From Chloropicon primus (taxonomy: Eukaryota): DNA of 64,000 nucleotides. A program made the translations under genes and the position numbers. Positions within the stretch are counted from its first letter, which is position 1. Every line of letters starts with the position of its first letter. Location of the stretch: the NCBI GenBank assembly GCA_023205875.1, contig CP060754.1, forward strand, positions 1,178,001-1,242,000. Direction: 5' to 3'. Below, piece after piece: positions 46,601 to 56,215 of this stretch. The notes beneath the pieces are model-generated. The model ran no database searches. It saw only the letters and a list, made by a program, of their open reading frames with translations, and was not told where the DNA came from.

Positions 46601-47056
46601 TACACTCTCAAGATATCAATCGCGCTTTGTGGACTCTACGTGTGCTGGAGAACGAGAAAAGTCACGTCTTTGTTCTCGGAAGCGAGGTCGACTGGGATTG
46701 TGATTTACAACTCAGCTATCGTCAGCTGCCTTGTGATTATAGTGGTCGCTCTGAGAGAGAATCAAGGTGAGCCTGTCATCATCGTTGTGACGGCTGCAGG
46801 CATATTCTATCACACTTCAGTGAGCGTGGCGATCTTGGTTTTCCCCCGTTACTTGAAGGTGATAGGTTGGATAAAATCAACAGATCCACAAGATACGGAT
46901 GAATTTTTCCTAGAGACGAAGTCTGACGCAGGAATAGTGATAGAGATGGAGGAGGCCCAAGCTCCGTCGGAAGCCCAAGCTCCGTCGGAAGCCCAAACTC
47001 GATCGGAAGCCCAAGCTCCGTCGGAAGCGCTACGGGAAGAACCAACAGGGCGATGA
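43619..47056 (+). CDS. Membrane receptor: signal peptide + two PstS-like binding domains + class C GPCR-like 7TM
   Basis: PstS-like: VVPVFNI..LKL...LSRIF.GNITAWDDPAI..N, VVRGDDTAST, EGSIGY; second copy YNLPG..LYL....IF...IKYWNDPKL..LNP. 7tm_3-like: QPLF..LM.VG, C.LR, KAFRIY.IF, W.TRKV...FSEAR..G..IYN, FPR. Confidence 0.8.
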   Translation: MIITRGRALRTSGAYLAVISVAAFVLLLSCLECSAKQKESLGDTVKLVGVGDCDAEHSIRTAAVLYKQSLKPKYDPYGMRKLPHKDVDIFFFNTDAANAACQLKHRGQGCEAKVGYDMLKGADFICTEEDGIALTQFDVSSFSTPMFITGVVPVFNIRGVGGEALKLRTDVLSRIFRGNITAWDDPAILATNSGVATTLLGMKDRNIKVVVRGDDTASTLVWKRALSSFDSEFEAQIGISSTSDWNGVEAIRRAKSSGVAKAVVAEEGSIGYASTLIAEEYNLTSALLIDTETGSVLFPGPAKVYSTALVKMLYGEKDIGEQERLKPFNNPWPMATISTLTVQLGNGAPLREGATCQNVVESFDFVTWLLSEPIMSRYSGSSFVTIELVKKLQERFAFNLGDGMKLCNVTAVLAPSAAKESYDLKLTVQRSIEDVVLSHSDWTGADFSVKISTADECYFNASAYKERDVDMYIGMTEPRTSRRVYEDVEKVLDTTDSVYTRDPESAGDYIAFPYGTIGYGIEYNLPGYSEKLYLTKEMQNEIFFKFIKYWNDPKLVALNPGLEQISEEIQVFISTMHVQCYVDQSDDVNLGVRMLYVTALENERLGEAIKVVEEGKESAYVKETNFSVTIATWPRIDELLEGERHFAREYECEGESEVESDFWRTDAKVLCHGFIFFQVNLYARRHFAPAGTDEIAMKRSCARAKDTIILTKSLLATNAANTLSMSLPYAQDAVREHNWANLASITCGAQTSAACGGELANGFEACSYERHCTQSYKIEECATNLRPKQKVTFFWTDGEGGVCPGKTDVESIHVTCEHIPSLSTLALVLKSLTAFFVWFQGLAFFVSVRYRRHLFMIAGQPLFNCLMIVGNILCLLYVPLSVGTKQEGETAFYSCYLRHAVLSVGWVMSNTAMVCKAFRIYTIFTNKELFPTKLVGKDLLKYFSIPVLADVAFIILAHFICDPSATTAVTVVHEKGIYELNECNGYSPVAVSLTYTLKISIALCGLYVCWRTRKVTSLFSEARSTGIVIYNSAIVSCLVIIVVALRENQGEPVIIVVTAAGIFYHTSVSVAILVFPRYLKVIGWIKSTDPQDTDEFFLETKSDAGIVIEMEEAQAPSEAQAPSEAQTRSEAQAPSEALREEPTGR
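46952..47028 (+). repeat. 18-bp coding minisatellite (EAQAPS x4) in the receptor C-tail
   Basis: GAAGCCCAAGCTCCGTCG repeated four times; one copy is the variant EAQTRS. Confidence 0.9.
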
Positions 47057-47405
47057 CGCTGCAGGTGGGGCTGGCGGGCTCTGGCACCAGAAGAGGAAAA
47101 GAGGGAATCGATCGAAATAACCCGTACCAAGTCGCAATTGATTGGAACAAGTGCGGAGCTTGGTAACCTTTGAGCTGCCTCTTGATTTTGTAACCTTTTT
47201 TGTTTCGTATTAATGTGACACTAGTTTTTTGTTCTATTCCTGTCAGAAGAGCCTTCTGGCTGACGTGGAGAAGGCCAGGGAGAATGTCGTGGATCCCAAT
47301 GGCTCGGACTTTGCCAGGAGGGACGCCACAACCCAGTCCGAGGGCGCAGCCCCTGAGGACACCCCCGAACAGGCCCTGAATTCCCCTCGTCCATCATCCC
47401 CGCGC

Positions 47406-50285
47406 TTACAATTTGGTGAAGGTCAGAATCAGGTCTAGGATTAGCCCCTCGTTAAACCCTACCTCACAATAGATGAAGTAAAACAAGTACTTCAGGTAAA
47501 ACTCTTGAGAATACCCTAACTTCCTGACTCTCTCCTGCTCCTTGATCCAATTCTCCCTCCATTTCAAGAGTGTAACCGCGTACGACTTTCCGATGTCAAC
47601 GCAGTCGTCAATGCGCAGACCATGCGAGGTCGCGCATTTCAGCATCACTGCCTTGCACGGGAGATGCCCGCCCGGGAAAATGTGTTCCTTGATAAAGTCG
47701 CTGGTGTGAAGCTGGCTCTCGTACCTGTGGTCAGGGTAGGAAATAGCTTGAATCGTCGCTCTTCCACCACATTTGAGCCACCGACTGATGGTGCCAAAGT
47801 AAGTGTCAAAATACTCGTGCCCTACGGCTTCTATCATTTCCACGCTAATGACCTTGTCATAAAGCTTGCCAGTCGTTGGTATTTCACGGTAATCACAGAG
47901 CAAAAACTTGCAGACGTCACTGACGCCAGCCTCCCTTGCTCGCTTGTTGCACTCGTCGAGCTGCTCTGTACTCAGCGTGATGCCGGTTACGCGGCACTGA
48001 TACTCTGTTGCCAAGAATATGGCCATGGCTCCCCAGCCACAGCCGATTTCAAGGACATCGTCATCCTTCTCAATTCCACACCTTTCTGCTATCTCCCGGA
48101 GCTTGCGGACCTGCGCTTTCTCCAGCGTGTCCCACGTCAAAATGGATGATTTGCCGTCGACCTCATCAGAGTCTTGAGAGAAGATTGCTGACGAGTACAC
48201 CATTCTGCTGTCCAGGAATAGCTTGTACATAGCATTACCAGCATCGTAGTGCTCCTCAATGTTCTTGCGGCTGTTTGAAATTGTGTTCGCTCTCAGGATC
48301 CACTTGAGGCGGTAAAACGCTGAGCCAAAAAAATTCATGAACCCCAAAACCCACTTGTTTGTCGAAGAGTTTAGGTCATTCAAGTTCTTGGACAAGACAG
48401 TCAAGAAAACGAACAGATCGTCCACGACAAACTTCCCTCGAAAAAACGATTCCCCCAACCCGATGTCATTCTTTACCACTATGGCTTCAAAGACGCCCAC
48501 GTCGAATACGCGGAGCGTGGCCGCCGCCGCAAGGCTCTTCCGAGAGACGCACTCTTCCGCAGAGTCTTGTGAAGGTGTCCTTCTCTTGCGCTCGAAAACG
48601 TGGGTCTGGACAACACTGCTTGTGTCGGGATCGCCGTAGAGCAGTTCTTTCCCACTAGGCAGAATAACTCTCAGAAAACCCTTCCTGATACACCTCTTCA
48701 TGTACCCGTCGAAGAGACGCATGAAGATCGCCTGCCTGTACGTCACGCCCGGGTCCAAGGCACGGAATTGGTGGCTCAGTTGACTCCAGCTCTCGGGCTT
48801 GTCGAGATGATCTAGCCTTTCTTGATAGTGCCAGGGAGTCAACAAGCCCAGCCGGTTGCACACGTCAACCGCACTTCGGACTCCATCTTCGTGGAACCCG
48901 TAACCGCACCAGGCTCCGCAAAGATAGAGCCCATCCTTGCCGTTCAACGTCTTCAAGCGCTCTTGGGCCTTCTGGGAACTTACACTGAATTGGGGGTGGG
49001 ACAACTTGGTCTCCAGGACTACCTTTCCTGGCGCGATGCCTTTCCACGGGTTGAGAGTGACAAAAAACTGTTCGCAGTCGTCCTGGAGGGAGGACAGCAA
49101 GTTTGCCCAATAACTGATGCAGACCCCTTTCGCGCCCTCCTCGTCGCCTGCTCCGACCTCCTCAAGAACATTCCAAGAAGCCCAACTTCTTTCGTTCTTT
49201 GGCATCCAGCATTTGTCCTTGTGCAGAATCACTTTGTTCTCTTCGTAGCGTATAGACTGCAGTACATCCCGGAACGCCACGGAGTGGTGCCCGCTCCCAC
49301 CGGGGAAGAGGATCTTCAGTGACGTGTCAGCATGAGTTGCAAGCACCACGGCATCGAATTCTTTGACGGCTTCCTTCCCACTCCCGTCCTTGTAATGAAG
49401 TTTGTAACAGTTGGTTGCCCGATCGCGCGCCACGGCACAAACCTCGCAGCTCGTGTGCACCTTTACCCCCTTTCTCGAAGAGCTGCAACTCTCTGCCGAC
49501 CCTCGCAAGTCTTCTGCGATTGCTTCGACGTACCTCTTGCTCCCCCCCTTCACAACCCTCCAACTTGGTCTCTGCATGTTTGTCACTTTGTGGAGGTGGT
49601 GGTTGCACACGAACCTCGCGAGCCAAAGGATGGGGAACCCCTTGACTTGCTTCTTGGGGGAGCTCCAGATCGCACCGCACATCGGGTACATGTAGTGCTC
49701 AGCGAACGCCTTCGAATACCCCCTGGTCTCCATCCAGGCTTCCAGAGTGACCTCCTTCAGGGACTCGTCGCCGATTATGCCCTCCGCTTCCCTCTCAAAT
49801 CGTACGAGGTCTCTCGTCAGCCTCCATTTGTCGCCCTTCGCGACGTCCTTCAAGCCCTCCGAGAAAATTCCGAAAACCCCGTTGTTGCTGCTCCACTCCA
49901 CCGAGGTCCTCCTCCCCCCGCTGCTGTGGTCGTCGCAAAACTTCGAGTAGGACAGGGACATAATACTCGGTTGGCTGTCCACGCCCAAGCACTCGAAGAG
50001 CTCGACAAGGTTCCCATAGTTGGTCAGGTTGAAGACCTGGAACCCCAAGTCCAACTGGACTGTCCTGCCGGAGCCCTCATCCTCGTGCTCCAGAGTCCAA
50101 GCATGCCCCCCAAGCCTGCCCTCCCTCTCGAACAGCTCTACCTCGTACTCCCCAAAGTCCTCCTCGCACGGCGACGACGGCGACGACAACTTCGTCGGGT
50201 CCGGCCTCCCGTTCTTCAGCAGCCACGCGCAAGACAGCCCCGCGATTCCTCCCCCCACCACTCCAACCCGCTTCACCTTCACCAT
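47406..50285 (-). CDS. Cyclopropane-fatty-acyl-phospholipid synthase with N-terminal FAD amine-oxidase-like domain (plant-type fusion)
   Basis: VGGGIAGL, RLGGHA, DLGFQVFN, GAWCGYGFHEDG; C-terminal NIEEHYD.GN, VLEIGCGWG, SVEMIEAVG, IFPGG.LP. Confidence 0.92.
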   Translation of the reverse strand: MVKVKRVGVVGGGIAGLSCAWLLKNGRPDPTKLSSPSSPCEEDFGEYEVELFEREGRLGGHAWTLEHEDEGSGRTVQLDLGFQVFNLTNYGNLVELFECLGVDSQPSIMSLSYSKFCDDHSSGGRRTSVEWSSNNGVFGIFSEGLKDVAKGDKWRLTRDLVRFEREAEGIIGDESLKEVTLEAWMETRGYSKAFAEHYMYPMCGAIWSSPKKQVKGFPILWLARFVCNHHLHKVTNMQRPSWRVVKGGSKRYVEAIAEDLRGSAESCSSSRKGVKVHTSCEVCAVARDRATNCYKLHYKDGSGKEAVKEFDAVVLATHADTSLKILFPGGSGHHSVAFRDVLQSIRYEENKVILHKDKCWMPKNERSWASWNVLEEVGAGDEEGAKGVCISYWANLLSSLQDDCEQFFVTLNPWKGIAPGKVVLETKLSHPQFSVSSQKAQERLKTLNGKDGLYLCGAWCGYGFHEDGVRSAVDVCNRLGLLTPWHYQERLDHLDKPESWSQLSHQFRALDPGVTYRQAIFMRLFDGYMKRCIRKGFLRVILPSGKELLYGDPDTSSVVQTHVFERKRRTPSQDSAEECVSRKSLAAAATLRVFDVGVFEAIVVKNDIGLGESFFRGKFVVDDLFVFLTVLSKNLNDLNSSTNKWVLGFMNFFGSAFYRLKWILRANTISNSRKNIEEHYDAGNAMYKLFLDSRMVYSSAIFSQDSDEVDGKSSILTWDTLEKAQVRKLREIAERCGIEKDDDVLEIGCGWGAMAIFLATEYQCRVTGITLSTEQLDECNKRAREAGVSDVCKFLLCDYREIPTTGKLYDKVISVEMIEAVGHEYFDTYFGTISRWLKCGGRATIQAISYPDHRYESQLHTSDFIKEHIFPGGHLPCKAVMLKCATSHGLRIDDCVDIGKSYAVTLLKWRENWIKEQERVRKLGYSQEFYLKYLFYFIYCEVGFNEGLILDLILTFTKL

Positions 50286-50656
50286 AGGAACAAAAACTCT
50301 GCTCTGCTCTCTCTGTTCGCTCTGCGTGTCGGAAAGCGATTCAAGAGAAAGCGATTCAAGAGAAGAAGAAGAAGAAGAAGATGAGGGATATGATGATGAT
50401 GATGAAGAAGAGAAGCCCCCTCCAAGAACGCACGGCCGTCAAGCACTAGGTTCTCTCTCCTCTCTTCTTCTCTCCTCTGGCCGTTACGAGCCGGCGCTTC
50501 TGAGCCTCAAAATTTGGATAAGAAGAGGGAAAAAGGTGAGAGAGGGAGAGAGAGGGAGAGAGAGGGAGAGAGAGGGAGAGAGAGAGAGGTAGGGTGGAGA
50601 GGGATGGGAGAGAGGGAAGAGGAGGGTGCGGAGGAACGATAGAGCGTCTCTTTTTC

Positions 50657-50679
50657 TTTCGAAAGAGCATTCACTCGAA
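50657..50679 (-). promoter_or_regulatory. Recurrent intergenic motif copy TTCGAGTGAATGCTCTTTCGAAA (reverse strand)
   Basis: Lies between the divergent CFA synthase and hypothetical genes. Confidence 0.55.
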
Positions 50680-50775
50680 CCGAGGAACACGTCGAGAAGG
50701 AAGGCAAAGACGCGGAGAGAGGAAGAGGAAGACGGGGAGGCAAGGGGAATCACCTCTCGCAGGAGGAAGGGAGGG

Positions 50776-51498
50776 ATGAGGACGGGCTTGGGTTGTCGTG
50801 GCAGGCATCGATTGGGGGGGCTCCTCGCGGCCGGGGCCAAGGAGCCGGGACGGGGGAGGCCGGAAGGTCCTCTCCGGCCGCAGTGTTCGAGGAGGGGAGG
50901 GGAAGCGGGTTGCTCCAGTAGTTTCTCTCCTCCCGAGGAGGCGCTGGGGCAGCAGGAAGCGAGGAGTGGCCTCGGCCGAGGTATGGCGTCTTGCGCGGTC
51001 GCGGTCGCCCTGTCCCTCTCGATTGCGACGGGAGGAGCGATGTGTGAGGAGGTTGGGCTCGCTCACGTCGGGCTCTTCGGCCCGGACATCGAGAAGGATC
51101 CGATCGAGCCCTTCACGCTGTACGGGGAGATCGTGAAGAAGTTCTTCATCGAGAACCTGGACGAGACGGGAAAGATCAAGTCCCGCAGCAAGGGGTTCAC
51201 GTCTCAGGTTTGCATCGAGGGCCTCCCCATCTCCGTCCCTCAGAAGGACGAGTACGGGGTTCCCACTTGCGTCGAGGTGGTCGGGCAGGACTTCGAGCGG
51301 ACCTGCGACAAGGCGTGCTCCAGGGGGTGCGAGGAGCAAATCAGGGCCTACTTGAACAAGGTGGAGGCGGACACGGGGTTCAAGCTGGAGCCCGGGGAGC
51401 CCAGGCGGCTGCTCGTGTCGTGCTCGAAGCGGTGCTTCAAGGAGTCGATGAGGCCGGGAATGAACCGGCCCTTCCAGCTCAAGTGGAGTAGGGAATAA
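50776..51498 (+). CDS. Hypothetical Cys-rich protein with a plastid/thylakoid-targeting-like N-terminus
   Basis: Arg-rich presequence, hydrophobic AVAVALSLSIA, DPIEPFTLYG and several Cys pairs. Confidence 0.6.
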   Translation: MRTGLGCRGRHRLGGLLAAGAKEPGRGRPEGPLRPQCSRRGGEAGCSSSFSPPEEALGQQEARSGLGRGMASCAVAVALSLSIATGGAMCEEVGLAHVGLFGPDIEKDPIEPFTLYGEIVKKFFIENLDETGKIKSRSKGFTSQVCIEGLPISVPQKDEYGVPTCVEVVGQDFERTCDKACSRGCEEQIRAYLNKVEADTGFKLEPGEPRRLLVSCSKRCFKESMRPGMNRPFQLKWSRE

Positions 51499-51563
51499 CG
51501 ACAAAAATATTTTCCAAGTCCCGGAAATAAAGAATACACTAAATCCTTCTTTGCGCGCACGTG

Positions 51564-52133
51564 CTAGGAGCCCGCGCCATCTTCGAGCTGCGCCCTGACC
51601 TCCTCCTCCAGCTGAAAGAGCTCGGCGTCCCCCAGGCCGTGCTCCCTCATGGCGTCTGCCAGCATGAAGAGATACTCGGAGTTCGGCCCGCTGGGTCCAG
51701 AGGAAATTGCGATCTGCTTCGCGAGCTGCTCCAGGGGGAGGGGTCCCAGGTAGTTGGGATTTAGGGCCCTGTCCGGCGTGGCGATCCACGTCAAGGCTTC
51801 CTCCACCGCGACCCTCTCTTCCCCCGTCTCCTCGCAGACTTGGAAGAGCGGAAGCCTCGCCTCTAGATCATACTGCTTCTCCCTTTCCTTGAGGTAGGCG
51901 TAGATGCCCCCATCCTCCCAGTCCTCGTCCCTCACCTCGAAGGCTCTGCCCCACACGACGGCTCCGGCCTCCTCGTGGAGGGTCACCGTCCTCCCCGGCC
52001 TCTCAGGCGTCCCCCTGTGGTCGGTGCTCCCCTGGTACCACACCCTCTTAAAACCCTTGGCGTACGCTATCCGGCTCCTCTCGTAACGGAAGGAAGGCCG
52101 CCAAATCAGCGAACCGTATCCAAACACCCACAT
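51564..52133 (-). CDS. ChaC-type glutathione gamma-glutamylcyclotransferase
   Basis: WVFGYGSLIW, DHRGTPE.PGR, YL..RE, GPSG.N.EYL..L. Confidence 0.93.
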   Translation of the reverse strand: MWVFGYGSLIWRPSFRYERSRIAYAKGFKRVWYQGSTDHRGTPERPGRTVTLHEEAGAVVWGRAFEVRDEDWEDGGIYAYLKEREKQYDLEARLPLFQVCEETGEERVAVEEALTWIATPDRALNPNYLGPLPLEQLAKQIAISSGPSGPNSEYLFMLADAMREHGLGDAELFQLEEEVRAQLEDGAGS

Positions 52134-52251
52134 CGAGCCAGATGCTACCTATCTATATAGTATCTATCGATACATATACTATTGATGATGATGATGATGA
52201 TTGATCTGACCTCTTCGGAGGGATCACCCGAACACTCCGGTTGTCAAAAAC

Positions 52252-52274
52252 GGTAAGCGAGGGCTCTATCGAAA
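52252..52274 (+). promoter_or_regulatory. Recurrent intergenic motif copy GGTAAGCGAGGGCTCTATCGAAA
   Basis: Lies between the divergent ChaC and WEE1 genes. Confidence 0.5.
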
Positions 52275-52822
52275 GAACGCGAGATAAGCTTATCTTTCAT
52301 CGATTCGTATCCATCGCCCCTTGCCTTGAACTCGCTTCAGCCTCTTCTATGTTCGCTCCACTCTCCCTCTCTCGGCTCTTCTCTCTCTCTCTCTGTCGTT
52401 CAAATGTGCAGGACAGACCGTTGAGAGTTTGAGGAGTGGAAGGCGAAGGTGAGTTTGGGTCGACAATGACGCCGCGCGAGGGGAGAAGACGAGAAATAGG
52501 AGCGCAAGAGAAGAAGCTTCGCGCTTAGAGCTTTCTTTCGAGCGTTCGTTTGTCGCGAGGCGTGGAGAAACGAAACCAGGAGGGACGAGAAGGTCTGACG
52601 CTTTTGAGGCTGGCTTTTTTGTCTCTTGATTACCAAGGAGGAGAGGGAGGGAGAGGGTCGTGCGGAGGGAGGGAAGGGGGGCGTCGTTGGCCATTGACCA
52701 CGATCTTGAGATTGGGTCGAACCCCCGCATTGCGAAGCAACTAGGAGGAAAGACCTCTCGTTGCGCGTTTCTTTCATCGCTTGCTTCGTGTGTCCAGTGA
52801 GAGCAGCCAGTGCAGCGCCAGT

Positions 52823-54523
52823 ATGTCCCAGTCGCCCTTCAAGCTGAAGACGATACGGAGCATGTTCAGCTTCGGCTCGTCCCAGCCTTCCCAAGAGAAA
52901 GGATCTCAGGACAGGGGTCGGTTGTCACCGAAGCCGATCCGTTGCTTGGGAGTCGTGGATCCAGGGACGACGGTGCCGGGGGCTCCAGGGAAGCTGCAGA
53001 GGAAGAAGAGGAGTTTGAACCTGGCGCTGAGCCAGGTCACGCTGGGCTCACCGGTGGAAGGACTAGCAGCAAGCTCGTCCTTTCAGCAGGCCAGCGGGCA
53101 GCAGTCGGATGGGGCGGGCCCCATGGAGTCCCACCCGACCGCTGGGACGCAGAACAACATGAGCGTCTCGCAGAGCCAAGATTTCTTCTGCACCCCAGAC
53201 TTCGTCACCCCGAACGACGCGCAGCTGAAGATCCCGGCCCCGGGCTTCAACGGATTCGCTGGGCCGGGCGTCCCCCCGGGGAGCTTGGCTCACCCGCCCA
53301 CGAGGGACTTCACGCCGCTCGGGTGCAAGAGGCCCAGGTCGGTGTTCGACGTTCTGATGTGTCCGGAGAACAGGCGCTCACAGCTTCAGGCGTACTCCCA
53401 GGAGCTCGACGGGTACAGGCCCCCGGGGACCAGGGTGAAGGGAGGCGGCCTCAAGGGCATCAAGCCGATCCCCAAGTCTCCCCTGTGTGTAAAGAACCCC
53501 TTCAAGGGCCAGCTCGCGAACATCCCGGGCAACGTGCAGCAGGAGGACTTGCTGATGAAATCGGACGACGAGAAGGACGCGGAGCAGGGGAAGGGGCAGG
53601 ACGTCTTTGATGAGCCCCAGCTGGTGAAGAGGAAGAGGGGCGGGGACGCCAAGCGGAAAAGGCGGAAGAGGAAGATGTTCACGTCCATCAGCGGGATGAA
53701 CAACGGGAGGTACAGGAGTGACTTCAAGGAGGTGCAGAAGCTCGGGTACGGGTCTTTCAGCACAGTCTTCAGGTGCATCCACAGGCTCGACGGAACCCAG
53801 TACGCCATCAAGCACGTGAAGAAGAACTTGAGCACGTCCAACGCCGACATCGCACAGGCCCTGCAAGAGGTTCAGGCGTACAGCGCCCTTGGACCTCACC
53901 CTTGCCTGCTCACGTACCACACAAGCTGGATCGAGAACTCGAGGCTCTACATCCAGTTGGAGCTCTCGGACTGCTGCCTCACGGATTACACGAAGCAGGG
54001 CAAGACCTTCGACGAGGAAGAGCTCAACTGGATGCTTTGGAGCAGTCTGCAGGCGCTCCACCACATGCACGCGAGCGGCTTGGCGCACATGGACGTGAAA
54101 CCGGATAACATCCACGTCGTGGGCAACAAGTACAAGATAGGGGATCTTGGGACGTGCACCAAGTGCGTGAGCGAGGACGCGGATCAGCCCGGGGTCTCCC
54201 CGCATTGCCTGTACAGGGAGGGGGACGCTCGTTACATGGCGCCCGAGCTCTTGAACGACAACCTCGGCCACTTAGACAAGTCTGACATTTGGTCTCTGGG
54301 AGCCACGGCGTACGAGCTGGCGCGCAAGTGCCCGCTTCCGATGAAGGGCGACAATTACAGGGAGATCAGGGAGGAGAACCTCGCTGCGATTCCGTCGTTC
54401 AGCGACACTTTCTTCGAGCTGATCACGCGCATGATGAGGCGGGACCCGGCGGAAAGGCCGAGCGCGGCGCAGCTGATGCAGCACAGGATCTTCGACCACA
54501 TGAGGGCAAGTAACCATTCATAG
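52823..54523 (+). CDS. WEE1: Wee1-like protein kinase
   Basis: SQDFFCTPD, RY..DF, GYGSFS, RLDG..YA.K, HMDVKPDN, KIGDLG and EGDARY (Wee1 signature). Confidence 0.92.
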   Translation: MSQSPFKLKTIRSMFSFGSSQPSQEKGSQDRGRLSPKPIRCLGVVDPGTTVPGAPGKLQRKKRSLNLALSQVTLGSPVEGLAASSSFQQASGQQSDGAGPMESHPTAGTQNNMSVSQSQDFFCTPDFVTPNDAQLKIPAPGFNGFAGPGVPPGSLAHPPTRDFTPLGCKRPRSVFDVLMCPENRRSQLQAYSQELDGYRPPGTRVKGGGLKGIKPIPKSPLCVKNPFKGQLANIPGNVQQEDLLMKSDDEKDAEQGKGQDVFDEPQLVKRKRGGDAKRKRRKRKMFTSISGMNNGRYRSDFKEVQKLGYGSFSTVFRCIHRLDGTQYAIKHVKKNLSTSNADIAQALQEVQAYSALGPHPCLLTYHTSWIENSRLYIQLELSDCCLTDYTKQGKTFDEEELNWMLWSSLQALHHMHASGLAHMDVKPDNIHVVGNKYKIGDLGTCTKCVSEDADQPGVSPHCLYREGDARYMAPELLNDNLGHLDKSDIWSLGATAYELARKCPLPMKGDNYREIREENLAAIPSFSDTFFELITRMMRRDPAERPSAAQLMQHRIFDHMRASNHS

Positions 54524-54605
54524 ACACTTTTGCTTTACAGTTAGGAATTTTGCGATTTTTTTTGTTGCATGGAGCCGAGGAGCAAAGCCTGCCGCGGACC
54601 TCGCG

Positions 54606-55334
54606 TCAGTCCCCCAAGGACCAGACTTCGATGGTCTGGACAGTGAAGTTCTCTTCCTCGGAGAGCCTTTCCAAGCCTTCGAAAGTCGGTGAGCAGGAGC
54701 TGCTCCCGTGAAGGAGCTCCTGATCGATCCACAGGGCGAACCTCCCGCCGCCCCCGAAGCCAATGCAGTCCTCGGTGCTGAGCAGGAAAAAGTCATTCTG
54801 GTTCTGCGACGCGGACCCCTTCTCCTTGTCGTACTTCCAGCGGTAAGCCTCTGCGTCGGGGTGGAGCTTGAAGACGAAGGTCTCCCCTGTGCCGTAGTAC
54901 TTGTGCTGAACCATGTAAGGGTCCGTGGCGAACGCGCCGAAGATGCTGCCCCGCACGTCCTTGACGAGCAAAACGGTCGGGAAAGCGTTAGAAACACGCC
55001 GGTAGAAAGTCTGCAGAGAAAAACCGTGCTTTGAGGTGGAGTACAGCAGCCGCCAGGTCTGCTGCTTGAACCTTGGAGGCACGCTGTCCATCAGAAACAC
55101 GACGTGGTCCTCCAGCAGCATGTCCGACTCCGCCGTCACCTTCTCGAGTCGCTTGGCCAGGCCCCTCCTCTGTATCGAACGAATCGTCGCGGTGATTGAC
55201 GAGAGGAGGGAGGTTGCCTTCTCGCTGACAAGGCGACGCAGGCTAGAGGAAGAGGACGCCCGCGACGAGGACGGCTGCGAGCCCCCCTCCCCGCCCTCCT
55301 CGTCCGCCTTGGAAAAAATCCTAAAGCTGTTCAT
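54606..55334 (-). CDS. TLDc-domain (OXR1-like) protein; start uncertain
   Basis: W.LLYST.KHGFSL.TFY, IFGAF, YYGTGETFVF, GFGGGG.FALWID..L..G.S..S.TF, IEVW. Confidence 0.88.
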   Translation of the reverse strand: MNSFRIFSKADEEGGEGGSQPSSSRASSSSSLRRLVSEKATSLLSSITATIRSIQRRGLAKRLEKVTAESDMLLEDHVVFLMDSVPPRFKQQTWRLLYSTSKHGFSLQTFYRRVSNAFPTVLLVKDVRGSIFGAFATDPYMVQHKYYGTGETFVFKLHPDAEAYRWKYDKEKGSASQNQNDFFLLSTEDCIGFGGGGRFALWIDQELLHGSSSCSPTFEGLERLSEEENFTVQTIEVWSLGD

Positions 55335-55616
55335 GAACAGAGGGACAACTGGCCAGCCAGAGAGAGTGAGCAACTTTTTTTTTTTTTTTACAAAAGGCCT
55401 CGGTTGGCAAGCCGCTTGCTCTTCGGGGACCCCAGGGACCTCGGACAATGGGTTAAAGTAAACTAACTGAGACGTGTATTGATAAACAAACAAGAAGTAT
55501 TTTACTGCACACTTGGGAGGGAGCAAGCTTGCCACTCCCAAGTGCATTGCGAGGTCGAAGGAAACTTTCTTTGACTGTTTGCGGCCGTGCGCTCTCTCTC
55601 TTGGCATGCAAAATGG

Positions 55617-56184
55617 TCATGAGGAGGACGCGAATTCCAGGGGGTCGTTCTGGTCGAGGACGCTCATTCCCGGGCAGTCGTTCGCCCGAGCCCAGTCGAT
55701 GACGTCCGCGTGGCCGCCAGACATTGCCTGCGTGGTGCAGCGATGGAGAAGAAGAAAAAATCAGTCGCCCCGCGCGCGTTGTCGACGTCGAATCGAATCC
55801 AGGTGCTCCACTCACGTGCACGCTCGTGAACTTGTTCCACGGGCACCCTTCCTTCCTCGCCCACTTGAGAACCTCGAGATGGCCCCCAAAGGCGGCGGCA
55901 TTGCAGACCCTGTCGTTCCAGGGGCAGCCCTCGCTCCGGAGCCACTGCAAGAGCTCCAGCCTCCCCGCAAAGGCGGCGAAGCTCGCGGTCCTCTCGTCCC
56001 ACGCCACCCTCTCCCTCCTCAGCAGCGTCAGAGCCGCGCGGGAGCCCTGGAAGGCCGCCACCCTGGCCAACAGCGATCCCACCGCCTTCCCTTCCCTCTC
56101 ATCGATCGATTGGAGCGCCCAACGGTACCACTCAGGGCTGTAAGTCGGTGCGTTCTTCTGCAGCTTCTCCCTCTGGAGGTCTTC

Positions 56185-56215
<31 letters not shown>

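Noticed and set aside
47229..47438. Coding-looking + segment after a possible AG acceptor downstream of the receptor
   Set aside because: No convincing donor links it to the receptor, and it overlaps the CFA synthase 3' end; cannot be supported without RNA data.
47406..50285. Amine-oxidase/CFA synthase fusion as a novelty
   Set aside because: This two-domain architecture is already known from plant cyclopropane synthases.
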